Shown: piece after piece, positions 20,816 through 31,857 of the stretch
How the letters are laid out: every line of letters begins with the position of its first letter
Position numbering within the stretch: position 1 is the first letter of the stretch
Assembly (NCBI GenBank): GCA_030532645.1
Contig: JAUNKU010000001.1
Location: forward strand, 1-55,259
DNA from: Neisseria sp.
GTDB taxonomy: Bacteria; Pseudomonadota; Gammaproteobacteria; Burkholderiales; Neisseriaceae
Length of the DNA: 55,259 nt
Reading direction: 5' to 3'
Program-made: the position numbers and the translations under genes
The notes under the pieces: generated by a model
The model's database searches: none
What the model saw: only the letters and a program-made list of their open reading frames with translations
Told to the model about the DNA's origin: nothing

Positions 20816-21178
20816 TTATTTCTTACCAGCGATTGCCTTACGCGGACCTTTACGGGTGCGCGCATTGGTACGGGTACGCTGACCGCGGCAAGGCAAGCCG
20901 CGACGATGACGGAAACCACGGTAGCAACCCATATCCATCAAACGCTTGATAGACATAGTTACTTCACGGCGCAAATCGCCTTCTACTTCATACTTGGCAA
21001 CTTGTTCACGCAAAGCTTCCAACTGAGACTCGTCCAAATCTTTTACTTTGGTGCTCGGAACGATGCCGGCAGCTTCGCAAATCAATTTAGCACGAGTAGC
21101 GCCAATACCGTAGATGGCTTGCAAGCCGATTACGATATGGGCGTTGTTAGGGATATTCACCCCTGCAATACGAGCCAT
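20816..21178 (-). CDS. rpsM: 30S ribosomal protein S13
   Basis: [10 protein letters not shown] and [14 protein letters not shown]. Confidence 0.99.
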   Translation of the reverse strand: MARIAGVNIPNNAHIVIGLQAIYGIGATRAKLICEAAGIVPSTKVKDLDESQLEALREQVAKYEVEGDLRREVTMSIKRLMDMGCYRGFRHRRGLPCRGQRTRTNARTRKGPRKAIAGKK

Positions 21179-21207
21179 ATTTTTTCCTTTAAGGGCAAAA
21201 GTTGGTC

Positions 21208-21236
21208 ACTATACCACAAAATCGCGGCTGATGGAA
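21208..21236 (-). promoter_or_regulatory. Putative alpha-operon promoter
   Basis: TTCCAT-N17-TATAGT with extended -10 (TGG TATAGT) in the rpmJ-rpsM gap. Confidence 0.6.
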
Positions 21237-21237
21237 A

Positions 21238-21351
21238 TCAGCCTTGACGTTGTTTGTGACGAGGGTCAGTACAGATGACGCGGACTACGCGATTACGTCG
21301 GATAATCTTGCAGTTGCGGCAAATTTTCTTTACAGAAGGTTGTACACGCAC
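21238..21351 (-). CDS. rpmJ: 50S ribosomal protein L36 (37 aa, zinc-binding type), absent from the ORF track
   Basis: Translated by hand: GTG start, [40 protein letters not shown], with AAAGGAAG RBS. Confidence 0.96.
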   Translation of the reverse strand: MRVQPSVKKICRNCKIIRRNRVVRVICTDPRHKQRQG

Positions 21352-21371
21352 GATTTACTTCCTTTCGTAGG

Positions 21372-21590
21372 TTATCGGGCACGGAAAACAATACGCGCCC
21401 GGGTCAGGTCATAAGGTGTCAGTTCGACTGTTACCTTATCTCCCGGAGAAATGCGGATATAGTGCATCCGCATTTTGCCGGAAATGTGACCCAATACGAC
21501 GTGGTCGTTTTCCAACTTTACTTTAAATGTCGCATTGGGCAATGTTTCAAGGATTTCTCCTTGCATTTGGATGGTATCTTCTTTAGCCAT
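21372..21590 (-). CDS. infA: Translation initiation factor IF-1
   Basis: [22 protein letters not shown] and HISGKMR. Confidence 0.98.
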   Translation of the reverse strand: MAKEDTIQMQGEILETLPNATFKVKLENDHVVLGHISGKMRMHYIRISPGDKVTVELTPYDLTRARIVFRAR

Positions 21591-21596
21591 ATCTTT

Positions 21597-22904
21597 TTAC
21601 TTACGCGATAACGATTTCATATCGGCCTGCTTCATCAGCTGCTCGTATTGATGAGACATACGGTACGAAGCGATTTGCGTACTGAAATCCATTGTTACAA
21701 CCACCAGAATCAACAACGATGTGCCGCCCAAATAGAATGGAACGTTCAAAGTCGATGTCAAAAATTCCGGAATCAGGCAGATAATCGTAATGTAAATCGC
21801 ACCGAACAAGGTCAAACGCAGTACCACACCTTCCAAATAACGGGCTGTCTGATCACCCGGACGGATACCGGGAACAAACGCTCCGCTTTTTTTCAGATTT
21901 TCCGCCATTTCTTTTGGACTGAATGTCAACGCGGTATAGAAATAGCAGAAAAAGATAATTGCGGCAGCAAACAATACGATATAGAGGGTTTGCCCGTGCT
22001 GCAACATCGCAGCAATTTTACCCAGCAGGCCGTCTGAATTCCCCGATCCGAACCAACTCAGCAACGTAGACGGGAACAAGATGATACTGGATGCAAAAAT
22101 AGGCGGAATTACGCCGGCCATATTCAGTTTAAACGGCAGATGAGTATTCTGCGGCTGTCCCATACCGAATTGCCGTTTGGCATAATGTATAGGAATTTTA
22201 CGCTGAGCTGCTTCAAAAAAGACAACTGCGTAAACCAGCAGCAATGCACCGATTACAATACCGACTGCCGTCAGCATACTCAGTGCACCTTTCGAAGTAA
22301 GCGTCCACAACTGAACAATTCCTGCCGGAATACCTGCTGCGATACCCGCGGTAATAATCAGCGAAATACCGTTACCGATGCCCCGCTCCGTTATCTGTTC
22401 GCCCAGCCACATCAAGAACATTGTTCCCGTAACCAGACACACAACGGTCGAAACATAAAATTCAAATTGAGAAGCAACTACGATACCCTGCTGGTATACA
22501 AAGGTTGCCACACCGAAACTTTGCAGCGTTGCCAGCAATACGGTACCGATACGCGTATATTTCATAATGACCTTGCGGCCTGCATCGCCCTCCTTCTTCA
22601 ATTCTTTCAAAGAAGGAATAATTTCACCGGCAAGCTGAACCACAATCGAGGCCGAAATATACGGCATAATACCGATTGCAAAAATACTAAAGCGCTCAAG
22701 CGACCCACCGGAAAACATATTCAACATTCCCAGTATGCCGCCACTTGCGCTTTCGTATAATTTGGCTAAAGCGGCTGCATCTACACCCGGCACAGGGATG
22801 TGGGCACCGATACGGAAAACAACCAGTGCCCCCAACAAAAACATCAGCCGGTTTTTCAATTCACCAAACTTAGACAAGCCTGATGCACTTTGTCGATTAG
22901 CCAA
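21597..22904 (-). CDS. secY: Preprotein translocase subunit SecY
   Basis: FRIGAHIPVPG, GIMPYISASI, GIGNGISLII and IPPIFASS. Start reassigned to TTG 22904 (MANRQ), downstream of the rplO stop. Confidence 0.96.
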   Translation of the reverse strand: MANRQSASGLSKFGELKNRLMFLLGALVVFRIGAHIPVPGVDAAALAKLYESASGGILGMLNMFSGGSLERFSIFAIGIMPYISASIVVQLAGEIIPSLKELKKEGDAGRKVIMKYTRIGTVLLATLQSFGVATFVYQQGIVVASQFEFYVSTVVCLVTGTMFLMWLGEQITERGIGNGISLIITAGIAAGIPAGIVQLWTLTSKGALSMLTAVGIVIGALLLVYAVVFFEAAQRKIPIHYAKRQFGMGQPQNTHLPFKLNMAGVIPPIFASSIILFPSTLLSWFGSGNSDGLLGKIAAMLQHGQTLYIVLFAAAIIFFCYFYTALTFSPKEMAENLKKSGAFVPGIRPGDQTARYLEGVVLRLTLFGAIYITIICLIPEFLTSTLNVPFYLGGTSLLILVVVTMDFSTQIASYRMSHQYEQLMKQADMKSLSRK

Positions 22905-22914
22905 TTTAACAGCC

Positions 22915-23349
22915 TTATTCTTCCACTTTACCGCCGGCAGCTTCAATAGCAGCCTTAGCACCTTTAGTGGCTTTAATACCTTTCAATACTACTGCTTTGG
23001 CAATTTCGCCAGATGCAATTACTTTTACGTTTTGCGCAGTAGCAGCAACCAAACCGGCTTGTTTCAGAGCCAATACATCAATCTCTTCAACAGCAACCAA
23101 GTTCAATTCGCTCAAACGGACTTCCGCATTCAAGGCAGCAGTCATAGATTTAAAGCCACGTTTAGGCAGACGGCGTTGCAAAGGCATTTGACCGCCTTCG
23201 AAACCTACTTTGTGGAAACCGCCCGAACGGCTTTTTTGGCCTTTATGGCCGCGACCGCCCGTTTTACCCAAACCGCTGCCGATACCGCGACCTACGCGGC
23301 GGCGTGCGTGAGTCGCACCATCGGCAGGTTGAATAGTGTTCAAAAACAT
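22915..23349 (-). CDS. rplO: 50S ribosomal protein L15
   Basis: [21 protein letters not shown] and FEGGQMPL. Confidence 0.98.
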   Translation of the reverse strand: MFLNTIQPADGATHARRRVGRGIGSGLGKTGGRGHKGQKSRSGGFHKVGFEGGQMPLQRRLPKRGFKSMTAALNAEVRLSELNLVAVEEIDVLALKQAGLVAATAQNVKVIASGEIAKAVVLKGIKATKGAKAAIEAAGGKVEE

Positions 23350-23350
23350 A

Positions 23351-23536
23351 TTATGACTCCACTTTCAAAAGGTAGCTGATTTTATTAATCATGCCACGAT
23401 TCTCGGGGGTATCCAATACTTCTACGGTGTGTTCGCGACGACGCAAACCCAAACCGCGAGCACAAGCACGATGCGACTCGATGGCACCAATCAGGCTTTT
23501 AACCAAAGTTACTTTGATTTTCTTTTGCTCAGTCAT
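23351..23536 (-). CDS. rpmD: 50S ribosomal protein L30
   Basis: [10 protein letters not shown]...[11 protein letters not shown] and operon position. Confidence 0.97.
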   Translation of the reverse strand: MTEQKKIKVTLVKSLIGAIESHRACARGLGLRRREHTVEVLDTPENRGMINKISYLLKVES

Positions 23537-24047
23537 TATTGGCTCCCAAAATTTCTTCCACTGTCAAACCGCGTTTTGCAGCGATTTCAGACGGCGTATA
23601 GAGTTTAGACAAGCCGTCCAAAGTAGCACGTACGATATTGTACGGGTTGGTAGAACCGTGTACCTTGGCAGAAATGTTGTGCACGCCCATTGCATCGAAT
23701 ACCAAACGCATAGGACCGCCGGCTTTCACACCGCTACCTTCTTTAGCAGGCTGCATAAATACGCGGGTAGCACCGTGTTTACCGATAACTTCGTGGTGAA
23801 TGGTACCGTTTTTCAATGGAACTTTAATCATTGAACGACGGGCTTGATCCATTGCTTTTTGTACGGCAACCGGCACCTCTTTCGATTTACCTTTGCCCAT
23901 ACCGATACGGCCGTCGCCGTCACCAACAACGGTCAAAGCCGAGAATGCCATAATACGGCCGCCTTTAACCACTTTGGTTACGCGGTTTACTGCGACCATC
24001 TTTTCAATCAGGCCGTCACCGCGCTCTTCTGTTTCATGTTTTGCCAT
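23529..24047 (-). CDS. rpsE: 30S ribosomal protein S5
   Basis: [12 protein letters not shown] and [10 protein letters not shown]. Confidence 0.98.
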   Translation of the reverse strand: MAKHETEERGDGLIEKMVAVNRVTKVVKGGRIMAFSALTVVGDGDGRIGMGKGKSKEVPVAVQKAMDQARRSMIKVPLKNGTIHHEVIGKHGATRVFMQPAKEGSGVKAGGPMRLVFDAMGVHNISAKVHGSTNPYNIVRATLDGLSKLYTPSEIAAKRGLTVEEILGANND

Positions 24048-24067
24048 GTCAGATCTCCAAAATCTTA

Positions 24068-24421
24068 TTAGAAGCTCAAACCGTTTTCACGGGCAGCTTC
24101 AGCCAAAGCTTTTACGCGACCGTGATACTGGAAACCGGAACGGTCGAAAGCGACTTTTTCGATACCTACGGCTTTTGCTTTTTCGGCAATACGCTTACCA
24201 ATCAAAGCAGCTGCTTCAACGTTACCGCCTGATTTCAAGCTACCGCGAACTTCGGCTTCCAAAGTAGAGGCAGAAGCCAATACTTTATCACCCTCAGCAC
24301 TGATTACTTGAGCATAAATGTGGCTGTTTGTGCGGAATACACACAGTCTCACCACTTTCAAATCTGCAATACGGGCACGGGTTTTGCGTGCGCGGCGCAG
24401 TCTTGTTGCATGTTTATCCAT
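24068..24421 (-). CDS. rplR: 50S ribosomal protein L18
   Basis: [14 protein letters not shown] and [12 protein letters not shown]. Confidence 0.98.
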   Translation of the reverse strand: MDKHATRLRRARKTRARIADLKVVRLCVFRTNSHIYAQVISAEGDKVLASASTLEAEVRGSLKSGGNVEAAALIGKRIAEKAKAVGIEKVAFDRSGFQYHGRVKALAEAARENGLSF

Positions 24422-24435
24422 TAGTGAGGCCTCAA

Positions 24436-24969
24436 TTATTTCTTCTTAGCTTCTTTCATCACAACCACTTCGCCAACATAGCGAACACCCTTACCTTTAT
24501 ATGGCTCAGGAGAGCGGAAGGCACGGATTTCAGCGGCTACTTGACCTACTGCCTGCTTATCGGCACCGGTCAGCACGATCTCAGTTTGAGAAGGTGTTTG
24601 CACAGAAACGCCCTCCGGCATTTCATATACGATAGGATGAGAGAAACCCAAAGACAAATTCAGAGTTTTACCTTGAGCCTGGGCACGGTAACCCACACCG
24701 ATCAATTGCAGCTTTTTCTCAAAACCTTCGGCAACACCTTTCACCATATTCGCAACGATAGCGCGCACAGTACCTGACATTGCATTGGCTTGTTTGCTGC
24801 TGTTAGCAGCAGCGAAAGTCAACTGACCGTCATTCAACTCAACTTTTACATCGCCTGTCAAAGGGAAAGACAATTCGCCGTTTTTACCTTTAACAACCAA
24901 AGATTCAGTTCCAAATTTTACTTCTACGCCAGCTGGAACAGTTACTGGATTTTTCGCAACGCGAGACAT
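24436..24969 (-). CDS. rplF: 50S ribosomal protein L6
   Basis: MSRVAKNPV and [11 protein letters not shown]. Confidence 0.98.
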   Translation of the reverse strand: MSRVAKNPVTVPAGVEVKFGTESLVVKGKNGELSFPLTGDVKVELNDGQLTFAAANSSKQANAMSGTVRAIVANMVKGVAEGFEKKLQLIGVGYRAQAQGKTLNLSLGFSHPIVYEMPEGVSVQTPSQTEIVLTGADKQAVGQVAAEIRAFRSPEPYKGKGVRYVGEVVVMKEAKKK

Positions 24970-24984
24970 CTTTAACTCTCCCGA

Positions 24985-25377
24985 TTAGGCAACGATGCAC
25001 AACAACTCACCACCGATACCGGCAGCACGTGCCTTGCGGTCAGTCATCACACCTTTTGAAGTACTAACAATTGCAACGCCCAAACCGTTCATTACAGAAG
25101 GAATCTCGTTGCTGCCTTTGTAAACGCGCAAACCAGGACGGGATACACGTTTGATCTGCTCGATTACAGGACGGCCAGCGTAGTATTTCAACTGAACTTC
25201 CAAAACAGGTTTAGCATCGGCAGATACTGCGAAATCTTCGATATAACCCTCTTCTTTCAAAACTTGGGCAATCGCACATTTCAGTTTTGAAGAAGGCATT
25301 GCAACAGCAGCTTTGTTTGCACGCTGCGCGTTGCGGATACGGGTCAACATATCGGAAATAGGATCATGCATACTCAT
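24985..25377 (-). CDS. rpsH: 30S ribosomal protein S8
   Basis: [21 protein letters not shown] and STSKGV. Confidence 0.98.
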   Translation of the reverse strand: MSMHDPISDMLTRIRNAQRANKAAVAMPSSKLKCAIAQVLKEEGYIEDFAVSADAKPVLEVQLKYYAGRPVIEQIKRVSRPGLRVYKGSNEIPSVMNGLGVAIVSTSKGVMTDRKARAAGIGGELLCIVA

Positions 25378-25391
25378 TTATTTCTCTCCTA

Positions 25392-25697
25392 TTACCAGCT
25401 GGCTTTAATAACACCCGGAATCTCGCCACGCATAGCGATTTCACGAATCTTAATACGACCTAAGCCAAATTTACGGAATGTACCGCGAGGACGGCCGGTA
25501 ATAGCACAACGGCGACGTTGGCGAACCGGAGCAGCATTACGCGGAATAGCTTGCAGTTTCAAACGGGCTTCGAAACGCTCTTCATCAGTAGCAGAAGCAT
25601 CATTGATGACAGCAAAAATCGCAGCACGTTTAGCAGCATATTTCTTAGCCAAAGCAACACGTTTTGCTTCGCGGTTAATAAGTGCTTTCTTAGCCAT
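25392..25697 (-). CDS. rpsN: 30S ribosomal protein S14 (long, non-zinc type)
   Basis: [12 protein letters not shown] and [11 protein letters not shown], 101 aa. Confidence 0.98.
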   Translation of the reverse strand: MAKKALINREAKRVALAKKYAAKRAAIFAVINDASATDEERFEARLKLQAIPRNAAPVRQRRRCAITGRPRGTFRKFGLGRIKIREIAMRGEIPGVIKASW

Positions 25698-25699
25698 GA

Positions 25700-26239
25700 T
25701 TATCCTTTAAACGGAAACTTGAACAATGACAGCAATGCTTTTGCTTCTTCGTCGGTTTTAGCAGTAGTGGTGATGGTAATATTCAAACCACGCAAAGCAT
25801 CGATTTTATCGTACTCGATTTCCGGGAAAATGATTTGCTCGCGAACACCCATATTGTAGTTGCCGCGACCATCAAATGATTTACCGCTAACACCGCGGAA
25901 GTCACGCACGCGAGGCAAAGCGATGGTTACCAGACGATCCAAGAATTCGAACATTTGTTCACGGCGCAAAGTTACTTTGCAGCCTACCGGATAGTTGTCA
26001 CGGATTTTAAAGCCGGCGATTGATTTGCGAGCCACAGTTACAACAGGTTTTTGACCTGCAATTTTCTCCAAATCGGCAACAGCGTGCTCCATTACTTTTT
26101 TATCAGCAACAGCTTCACCCACACCCATATTCAGAGTAATTTTTTCAATACGAGGCACTTCCATAATGGACTTGTAACCGAATTGTTTTACCAACTCAGG
26201 CACAACAGTGCTTGTATAAAAATCTTTCAAACGTGCCAT
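25700..26239 (-). CDS. rplE: 50S ribosomal protein L5
   Basis: [11 protein letters not shown] and LPRVRDFRG. Confidence 0.98.
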   Translation of the reverse strand: MARLKDFYTSTVVPELVKQFGYKSIMEVPRIEKITLNMGVGEAVADKKVMEHAVADLEKIAGQKPVVTVARKSIAGFKIRDNYPVGCKVTLRREQMFEFLDRLVTIALPRVRDFRGVSGKSFDGRGNYNMGVREQIIFPEIEYDKIDALRGLNITITTTAKTDEEAKALLSLFKFPFKG

Positions 26240-26249
26240 TTATAACTCC

Positions 26250-26573
26250 TTAAGCACCAATCTCAGCACCATTGGATTTGAATACACGAACACGCTTAAC
26301 TTTGCCTTCGCTCTCAACCAATTTAATGCCAACACGGTCAGCTTTTTTCGTTTCAGGATTAAAAATCGCCACATTGGAAATTGCCAAAGGCATATTTTTA
26401 GCAACGATACCACCTTCGACACCACGCATAGGGTTTGGTTTTGTATGACGCTTAACAACGTTTACGCCTTCAACAACAACTTTATCACCCAAAACGCGCA
26501 GAATCTGACCTTGCTTACCTTTATCTTTACCGGCAATCACGATTACTTGATCGCCCTTGATAATTTTATTCAT
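26250..26573 (-). CDS. rplX: 50S ribosomal protein L24
   Basis: KOW motif [17 protein letters not shown]. Confidence 0.98.
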   Translation of the reverse strand: MNKIIKGDQVIVIAGKDKGKQGQILRVLGDKVVVEGVNVVKRHTKPNPMRGVEGGIVAKNMPLAISNVAIFNPETKKADRVGIKLVESEGKVKRVRVFKSNGAEIGA

Positions 26574-26584
26574 GCGCCAACCCC

Positions 26585-26953
26585 TTACAAAACTTCAGGT
26601 GCCAATGAAACGATTTTCATGAAGCGCTCAGTACGCAATTCACGAGTAACCGGGCCAAAAATACGGGTACCCATCGGTTCAAGTTTGTTATTCAGCAATA
26701 CTGCGGCATTGTTATCAAACTTAATCAAGGCACCATCCGGACGACGCACACCTTTTGCAGTACGAACAACTACTGCATTGTACACATCACCCTTCTTTAC
26801 ACGGCCACGTGGCGCAGCATCTTTTACCGCCACTTTAATAATGTCGCCCACAGAAGCGTAGCGACGCTTGGAGCCGCCCAAAACTTTGATGCACATCACA
26901 CGGCGCGCACCAGAGTTATCAGCCACATCCAAGATGGTCTGCATTTGAATCAT
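26585..26953 (-). CDS. rplN: 50S ribosomal protein L14
   Basis: [16 protein letters not shown] and [10 protein letters not shown]. Confidence 0.99.
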   Translation of the reverse strand: MIQMQTILDVADNSGARRVMCIKVLGGSKRRYASVGDIIKVAVKDAAPRGRVKKGDVYNAVVVRTAKGVRRPDGALIKFDNNAAVLLNNKLEPMGTRIFGPVTRELRTERFMKIVSLAPEVL

Positions 26954-26972
26954 GTTTTTACCTTTAAAAAAT

Positions 26973-27061
26973 CCAACTTAATTTACCATTTTCAGACGGC
27001 CTTCAAGCAGTGCAGCTTGACACCTATCTGAAACCTTATGGTTCCAGTAAACCAGTCTTGG
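26973..27061 (-). promoter_or_regulatory. Candidate uS8-binding ribosomal leader (16S helix-21 mimic) in the rplN 5' UTR
   Basis: mRNA CCAAGACUGGUUUAC (27061-27047) pairs with GUAAAUUAAGUUGG (26986-26973), reproducing the UUAAGU / A-N-ACUGG S8 core. Function is inferred. Confidence 0.6.
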
Positions 27062-27105
27062 CTCCGAAGGGAGAAACTTTCAAGAACTTGAAAGCTAAGA
27101 AACGA

Positions 27106-27134
27106 AGTTTACAGATATTTTTCATTCTCTGCAA
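27106..27134 (-). promoter_or_regulatory. Putative spc-operon promoter embedded in a 20-bp-arm inverted repeat (27096-27147)
   Basis: TTGCAG-N17-TAAACT. Perfect 12-bp outer arms TAAGAAACGAAG/CTTCGTTTCTTA. Confidence 0.6.
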
Positions 27135-27170
27135 GCTTCGTTTCTTATTTAAACCCTACTGTCGTATAAA

Positions 27171-27434
27171 TTAAACAGTGCGGGCTTTCTCTACCAACTC
27201 TTTAACAACCCAAGATTTGGTTTTAGACAGCGGACGGCTCTCTTCAATCACAACCACATCACCGATGGTGTATTGGTTTTGCTCATCGTGAGCATGGATT
27301 TTAGTAGAGCGGCGGATTACTTTACCGTACAAAGGGTGTTTTACTTTACGTTCAACCAAAACGGTAACGGTTTTATCCATTTTGTCGCTGACTACTTTGC
27401 CCTGCAAAGTACGTACGTTTTTCACTTCGCTCAT
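27171..27434 (-). CDS. rpsQ: 30S ribosomal protein S17
   Basis: [11 protein letters not shown] and SRPLSKTK. Confidence 0.98.
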   Translation of the reverse strand: MSEVKNVRTLQGKVVSDKMDKTVTVLVERKVKHPLYGKVIRRSTKIHAHDEQNQYTIGDVVVIEESRPLSKTKSWVVKELVEKARTV

Positions 27435-27625
27435 TATTTACCACCTTTTTCCGCTAAAACGGTTTTGATGCGAGCAATATCGCGACGCACTTTTTTCAAC
27501 TCGCTGGTTTTACCCAACTGGCCGGTAGCGTGTTGCATGCGCAGGCCGAATTGTGCTTTCAGCAAGTCAACCAAGTCGGCATTTAATTGCTCAACTGATT
27601 TTTCTTTCAATTCATTGGCTTTCAT
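27434..27625 (-). CDS. rpmC: 50S ribosomal protein L29
   Basis: MKANELK...[10 protein letters not shown]. Confidence 0.97.
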   Translation of the reverse strand: MKANELKEKSVEQLNADLVDLLKAQFGLRMQHATGQLGKTSELKKVRRDIARIKTVLAEKGGK

Positions 27626-28041
27626 TATTTACCTACCTGTCTGGCTACAAACACAGTCGGAATCGGCAGCTTGGCAGCAGCCAAAGCAAAAGCTTCGCGT
27701 GCCAAAGATTCAGCAACGCCATCCATTTCGTACAATACTTTGCCTGGTTTGATTTCGGCAACATAGTATTCTACGGAACCTTTACCGCCACCCATACGAA
27801 CTTGGATAGGCTTGGCAGTAATCGGTTTGTCAGGAAATACGCGAATCCAAATGCGGCCGCCACGTTTGATGTGACGGGTCATCGCACGACGTGCGGCTTC
27901 AATTTGACGTGCAGTCAAACGACCGCGGCCAACAGCTTTCAGACCAAAATCACCGAAGCTTACTGCGTTACCGCGAGTAGCAATACCGGTATTACGGCCT
28001 TTATGCTGTTTGCGGTATTTCATTCTAGTTGGCTGCAGCAT
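27625..28041 (-). CDS. rplP: 50S ribosomal protein L16
   Basis: [15 protein letters not shown] (ATG 28041) and RMGGGKG. Confidence 0.98.
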   Translation of the reverse strand: MLQPTRMKYRKQHKGRNTGIATRGNAVSFGDFGLKAVGRGRLTARQIEAARRAMTRHIKRGGRIWIRVFPDKPITAKPIQVRMGGGKGSVEYYVAEIKPGKVLYEMDGVAESLAREAFALAAAKLPIPTVFVARQVGK

Positions 28042-28720
28042 TTCGACCACCCTTTCTGCGTTTATTTTCTTGCTCAGGCTTAGCTTGCGCTACTTCTTTG
28101 CCTTCGCCGGTATAAACCCAAACTTTCAAACCAATCACACCGTAAGTAGTGTGCGCTTCGCTGGTTGCGTAATCTACATTTGCACGCAGAGTATGCAGAG
28201 GCACACGGCCTTCGCGATACCATTCGCTACGCGCAATATCCGCACCGTTCAGACGGCCTGAGGTCATAATTTTGATACCTTTGGCACCGACGCGCATTGC
28301 ATTTTGCATAGCACGTTTCATCGCACGGCGGAATTGAACACGTTTTTCCAACTGCTGAGCGATACCGTCAGCAATGATTTGCGCATCCAGCTCCGGTTTG
28401 CGGATTTCTTCGATATTAACGTGAACAGGCACGCCCATCAGCTTTTGCAGGTCACGTTTCAGAACTTCGATATCCTCACCTTTGCGGCCGATTACAACCC
28501 CCGGACGGGCAGAGTGAATTGTAATGCGGGCAGATTTTGCCGGACGCTCGATAACTACGCGGCCAACAGAAGCACCGGCCAAGCGTTTGCGCAAGTATTC
28601 GCGAACATCAATGTCTTGTTTCAGGACAGTCGAGAATTCGTTGCTTTTTGCAAACCATTTGGACGACCAGTCTTTGTTTACCGCCAGGCGAAAGCCAGTC
28701 GGATGAATTTTTTGTCCCAT
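28025..28720 (-). CDS. rpsC: 30S ribosomal protein S3
   Basis: [12 protein letters not shown] and [10 protein letters not shown]. Confidence 0.98.
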   Translation of the reverse strand: MGQKIHPTGFRLAVNKDWSSKWFAKSNEFSTVLKQDIDVREYLRKRLAGASVGRVVIERPAKSARITIHSARPGVVIGRKGEDIEVLKRDLQKLMGVPVHVNIEEIRKPELDAQIIADGIAQQLEKRVQFRRAMKRAMQNAMRVGAKGIKIMTSGRLNGADIARSEWYREGRVPLHTLRANVDYATSEAHTTYGVIGLKVWVYTGEGKEVAQAKPEQENKRRKGGRNAAAN

Positions 28721-28729
28721 AGCTTTTCC

Positions 28730-29059
28730 TTAGTTACCCACTGTCACATTGATATGACAAGTTTGTTTCTCAATGCGGTTACCGCGACCCTTGGCACGAG
28801 CTTGGAAACGCTTCAAAGAAGCAGCTTTGTCAACATAAATGGTGACAACTTTCAGCTCGTCGATATCAGCACCGTTGTTGTGCTCCGCATTAGCGATAGC
28901 AGATTCCAGTACTTTTTTAATCAGCTCAGCACCTTTTTTCGGGCTGAATGCCAAGATGTTCAAGGCTTGGGCAACGTCTTTGCCACGAATCAGGTCTGCA
29001 ACCAAGCGGGCTTTTTGTGCAGAGATACGGGCATTTTTATGTGATGCAGATACTCTCAT
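28730..29059 (-). CDS. rplV: 50S ribosomal protein L22
   Basis: [17 protein letters not shown] and SAIANAEHN. Confidence 0.98.
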   Translation of the reverse strand: MRVSASHKNARISAQKARLVADLIRGKDVAQALNILAFSPKKGAELIKKVLESAIANAEHNNGADIDELKVVTIYVDKAASLKRFQARAKGRGNRIEKQTCHINVTVGN

Positions 29060-29069
29060 GTCTTATCCC

Positions 29070-29348
29070 TTATTTTTTCTTAGCCTTTTTATCGGCCAAG
29101 TGGCCTTTAAAGGTACGGGTCAATGAGAATTCGCCCAATTTGTGGCCGACCATATTGTCGCTGATGAATACAGGCACGTGGGTACGGCCGTTGTGTACAG
29201 CGATAGTCAAACCGATAAAGTCAGGCAGAATGGTAGAACGACGTGACCAAGTTTTGATTGGACGCTTGTCGTTATTTGCACGTGCCGCATCTACTTTTTT
29301 CAGCAGGTGCAGGTCTACGTATGGGCCTTTTTTCAATGAACGAGCCAT
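29070..29348 (-). CDS. rpsS: 30S ribosomal protein S19
   Basis: MARSLKKGP and MVGHKLGEF. Confidence 0.98.
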   Translation of the reverse strand: MARSLKKGPYVDLHLLKKVDAARANNDKRPIKTWSRRSTILPDFIGLTIAVHNGRTHVPVFISDNMVGHKLGEFSLTRTFKGHLADKKAKKK

Positions 29349-29353
29349 TTCAA

Positions 29354-30187
29354 TTAACCTTTATTTGAATAACGGCGGCGAACAATCATATTGTCCGTGC
29401 GTTTATTGTTACGAGTACGGTAACCCTTAGCAGGAGTACCCCATGGGCTAACCGGTTCGCGAGCTTCGCCGGTACGGCCTTCACCACCACCGTGAGGGTG
29501 GTCAACAGGGTTCATTACAACACCGCGTACTGTCGGACGGATACCGCGCCAACGGTTGGCACCGGCTTTACCGATTTTTTTCAGGCTTTGCTCTTCGTTA
29601 CCCACTTCACCGATGGTTGCACGGCAATCAACGTGGATTTTGCGAACCTCGCCGGAACGCAGACGAACCTGAGCATAAACACCTTCTTTTGCCAGCAATA
29701 CCGCAGAAGCACCGGCAGAACGTGCGATTTGCGCGCCTTTACCCGGTTTCATTTCGATACAGTGGATAGTTGTACCGACTGGAATGTTGCGGATAGGCAG
29801 AGTGTTACCGGCTTTAATCGCAGCTTCCGCACCTGATACCAATACCGCACCGGCTTGGATACCGCGAGGAGCGATGATGTAACGGCGCTCACCGTCTGCA
29901 TAGCACAACAAAGCAATGTGTGCAGTACGGTTAGGATCGTATTCGATACGCTCTACTTTTGCAGGGATACCGTCTTTATTGCGCTTAAAGTCCACAACAC
30001 GGTAGTGTTGTTTGTGACCGCCGCCTTTGTGACGAGTAGTAATGTGACCGTTGTTGTTACGGCCGGCAGTAGAGTTTTTCTTCTCTACCAAGGCGGCATA
30101 AGGCGCACCTTTATGCAAACCTTCTGTTACGACGCGAACCATACCGCGACGACCAGCAGAGGTTGGCTTCATTTTTACAATAGCCAT
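29354..30187 (-). CDS. rplB: 50S ribosomal protein L2
   Basis: IEYDPNR and [13 protein letters not shown]. Confidence 0.99.
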   Translation of the reverse strand: MAIVKMKPTSAGRRGMVRVVTEGLHKGAPYAALVEKKNSTAGRNNNGHITTRHKGGGHKQHYRVVDFKRNKDGIPAKVERIEYDPNRTAHIALLCYADGERRYIIAPRGIQAGAVLVSGAEAAIKAGNTLPIRNIPVGTTIHCIEMKPGKGAQIARSAGASAVLLAKEGVYAQVRLRSGEVRKIHVDCRATIGEVGNEEQSLKKIGKAGANRWRGIRPTVRGVVMNPVDHPHGGGEGRTGEAREPVSPWGTPAKGYRTRNNKRTDNMIVRRRYSNKG

Positions 30188-30192
30188 TCTAC

Positions 30193-30507
30193 TTATTCCT
30201 TATCAGCGGCTGCTGCTGCGGCTTCCAAGTCCAACTCTTGACCTTCAACCAAGCTAACATAAGCCTTTTTCACATCGCTGCGACGACCCAAAGTACGACC
30301 AAAGCGTTTTACTTTGCCTTTGGTGGTAGTTGTGGTAACTGAGGCAACTTTTACACCGAACAACAACTCAACTGCTGCCTTAACTTCTGTTTTAGTCGCA
30401 TCAGGCAAAACTTTGAAAGTCATTTGGTTACGTTTTTCAGCCAACAGGTTGCTCTTTTCAGAAACAACGGGAGCCAAAATTACTTTCATCAGGCGTTCTT
30501 GATTCAT
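30193..30507 (-). CDS. rplW: 50S ribosomal protein L23
   Basis: APVVSEKS and KKAYVSL. Start placed at the ATGA overlap with the rplD stop (an alternative ATG lies at 30513). Confidence 0.95.
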   Translation of the reverse strand: MNQERLMKVILAPVVSEKSNLLAEKRNQMTFKVLPDATKTEVKAAVELLFGVKVASVTTTTTKGKVKRFGRTLGRRSDVKKAYVSLVEGQELDLEAAAAAADKE

Positions 30508-31124
30508 ACCCATTGCTCCTCTAATTGCGCAACAGCTTCTTTGGTGATCACTACTTTTTTGTAGCGCAACAGGCTGTAAGGATCAATTTGCTGTGCTTCC
30601 AGAACCAGCACGTTAGGCAAATTGCGTGAAGACAGGTAAACGTTTTCATCCAATTGCTTGGTCACGAACAGAACCTGCTCCAAACCCATATTTTTCACTT
30701 GCTCGGCAAACGCTTTGGTTTTCGGAGTAGCGGCAGACAGCTCTTCTACTACGAACAGACGCTCGTCGCGAACCAGTTGTGACAAAATCGCAGCCATACC
30801 GGCACGGTACATTTTGCGGTTTACTTTTTGAGTAAAGTTTTCGTCAGGTTTGTTCGGGAACGCGCGACCACCGCTACGCCACAAAGGAGAAGAAGTCATA
30901 CCAGAACGGGCACGACCGGTACCTTTTTGACGCCATGGTTTTTTGGTTGAGTGCTTCACTTCGGCACGTGTCAATTGAGCACGGTTGCCAGAGCGGGCAT
31001 TTGCCAAAAACGCGGTAACCAATTGGTGTACCAGAGCTTCGTTGTATTCGCGGGCAAACAGGGCATCAGATGCCTGTACGCTGCCGGCAACTTGACCTTG
31101 AGCGTTGATTACTTTCAATTCCAT
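30504..31124 (-). CDS. rplD: 50S ribosomal protein L4
   Basis: [14 protein letters not shown]. Confidence 0.98.
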   Translation of the reverse strand: MELKVINAQGQVAGSVQASDALFAREYNEALVHQLVTAFLANARSGNRAQLTRAEVKHSTKKPWRQKGTGRARSGMTSSPLWRSGGRAFPNKPDENFTQKVNRKMYRAGMAAILSQLVRDERLFVVEELSAATPKTKAFAEQVKNMGLEQVLFVTKQLDENVYLSSRNLPNVLVLEAQQIDPYSLLRYKKVVITKEAVAQLEEQWV

Positions 31125-31768
31125 TACGCACCTACTTTCACTGCAGGACGCACAACAATATCGCTGTTTACCGCGCCAGGAACGGCACCTTTAACCAGCA
31201 ACAGGTTGCGCTCAACATCAACTCGTACGATTTCCAGATTTTGTACGGTAGATTTGGTGTTACCGTATTGACCGGCCATACGCTGACCCGGGAATACGCG
31301 GCCCGGATCTTGAGCCATACCGATAGAACCCGGAACACGGTGAGAACGCGAGTTACCGTGAGAAGTACGTTGGGAATCAAAGTTGTGACGCTTGATGGTA
31401 CCGGAGAAACCTTTACCCTTAGAGGTACCGGTTACATCCACCAACTGACCGGCTTCAAACATAGCAACGGTAATTTCGTCGCCGGCTTTCAGCTCAGCCA
31501 ATTTTTCAGCAGTCAAAGCAAACTCAATCAAACCTTTACCGGCTTCTACACCGGCTTTGGCAAAATGACCCGCTTCAGCTTTGCTTACGCGGTTTGCTTT
31601 TTTCTGACCGAAGGTAACTTGAACAGCGTTGTAGCCGTCAGTATCTTCGGATTTTACTTGTGTGACGCGGTTAGCAGCCATTTCCAACACGGTTACCGGA
31701 ACAGATACACCTTGCTCGGTAAATACGCGGGTCATACCTACTTTGCGTCCAACCAGACCTAAAGTCAT
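31124..31768 (-). CDS. rplC: 50S ribosomal protein L3
   Basis: [15 protein letters not shown] and HRVPGSIG. Confidence 0.99.
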   Translation of the reverse strand: MTLGLVGRKVGMTRVFTEQGVSVPVTVLEMAANRVTQVKSEDTDGYNAVQVTFGQKKANRVSKAEAGHFAKAGVEAGKGLIEFALTAEKLAELKAGDEITVAMFEAGQLVDVTGTSKGKGFSGTIKRHNFDSQRTSHGNSRSHRVPGSIGMAQDPGRVFPGQRMAGQYGNTKSTVQNLEIVRVDVERNLLLVKGAVPGAVNSDIVVRPAVKVGA

Positions 31769-31857
31769 GATTTTTTCCTTTTAAATTAAAGGGGTCGGTT
31801 ACGATTGACCGACCATTTGGACAAAAATAAACCCAGCTCAAAAAAGCTGAGCAGCGA

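Noticed and set aside
21179-21207. E. coli-type S4 pseudoknot leader before rpsM
   Set aside because: The predicted promoter leaves only about 23 nt of leader, and no supporting pairing was identified.
21238-21590. infA between secY and rpmJ as an unusual arrangement
   Set aside because: This is the normal betaproteobacterial order.
26150-26250. E. coli-type S8 operator at the rplX-rplE junction
   Set aside because: The 5' strand equivalent (AAACUG at the rplE start) is absent (ATGGCACGTTTGAAAG), and I could not build the helix.
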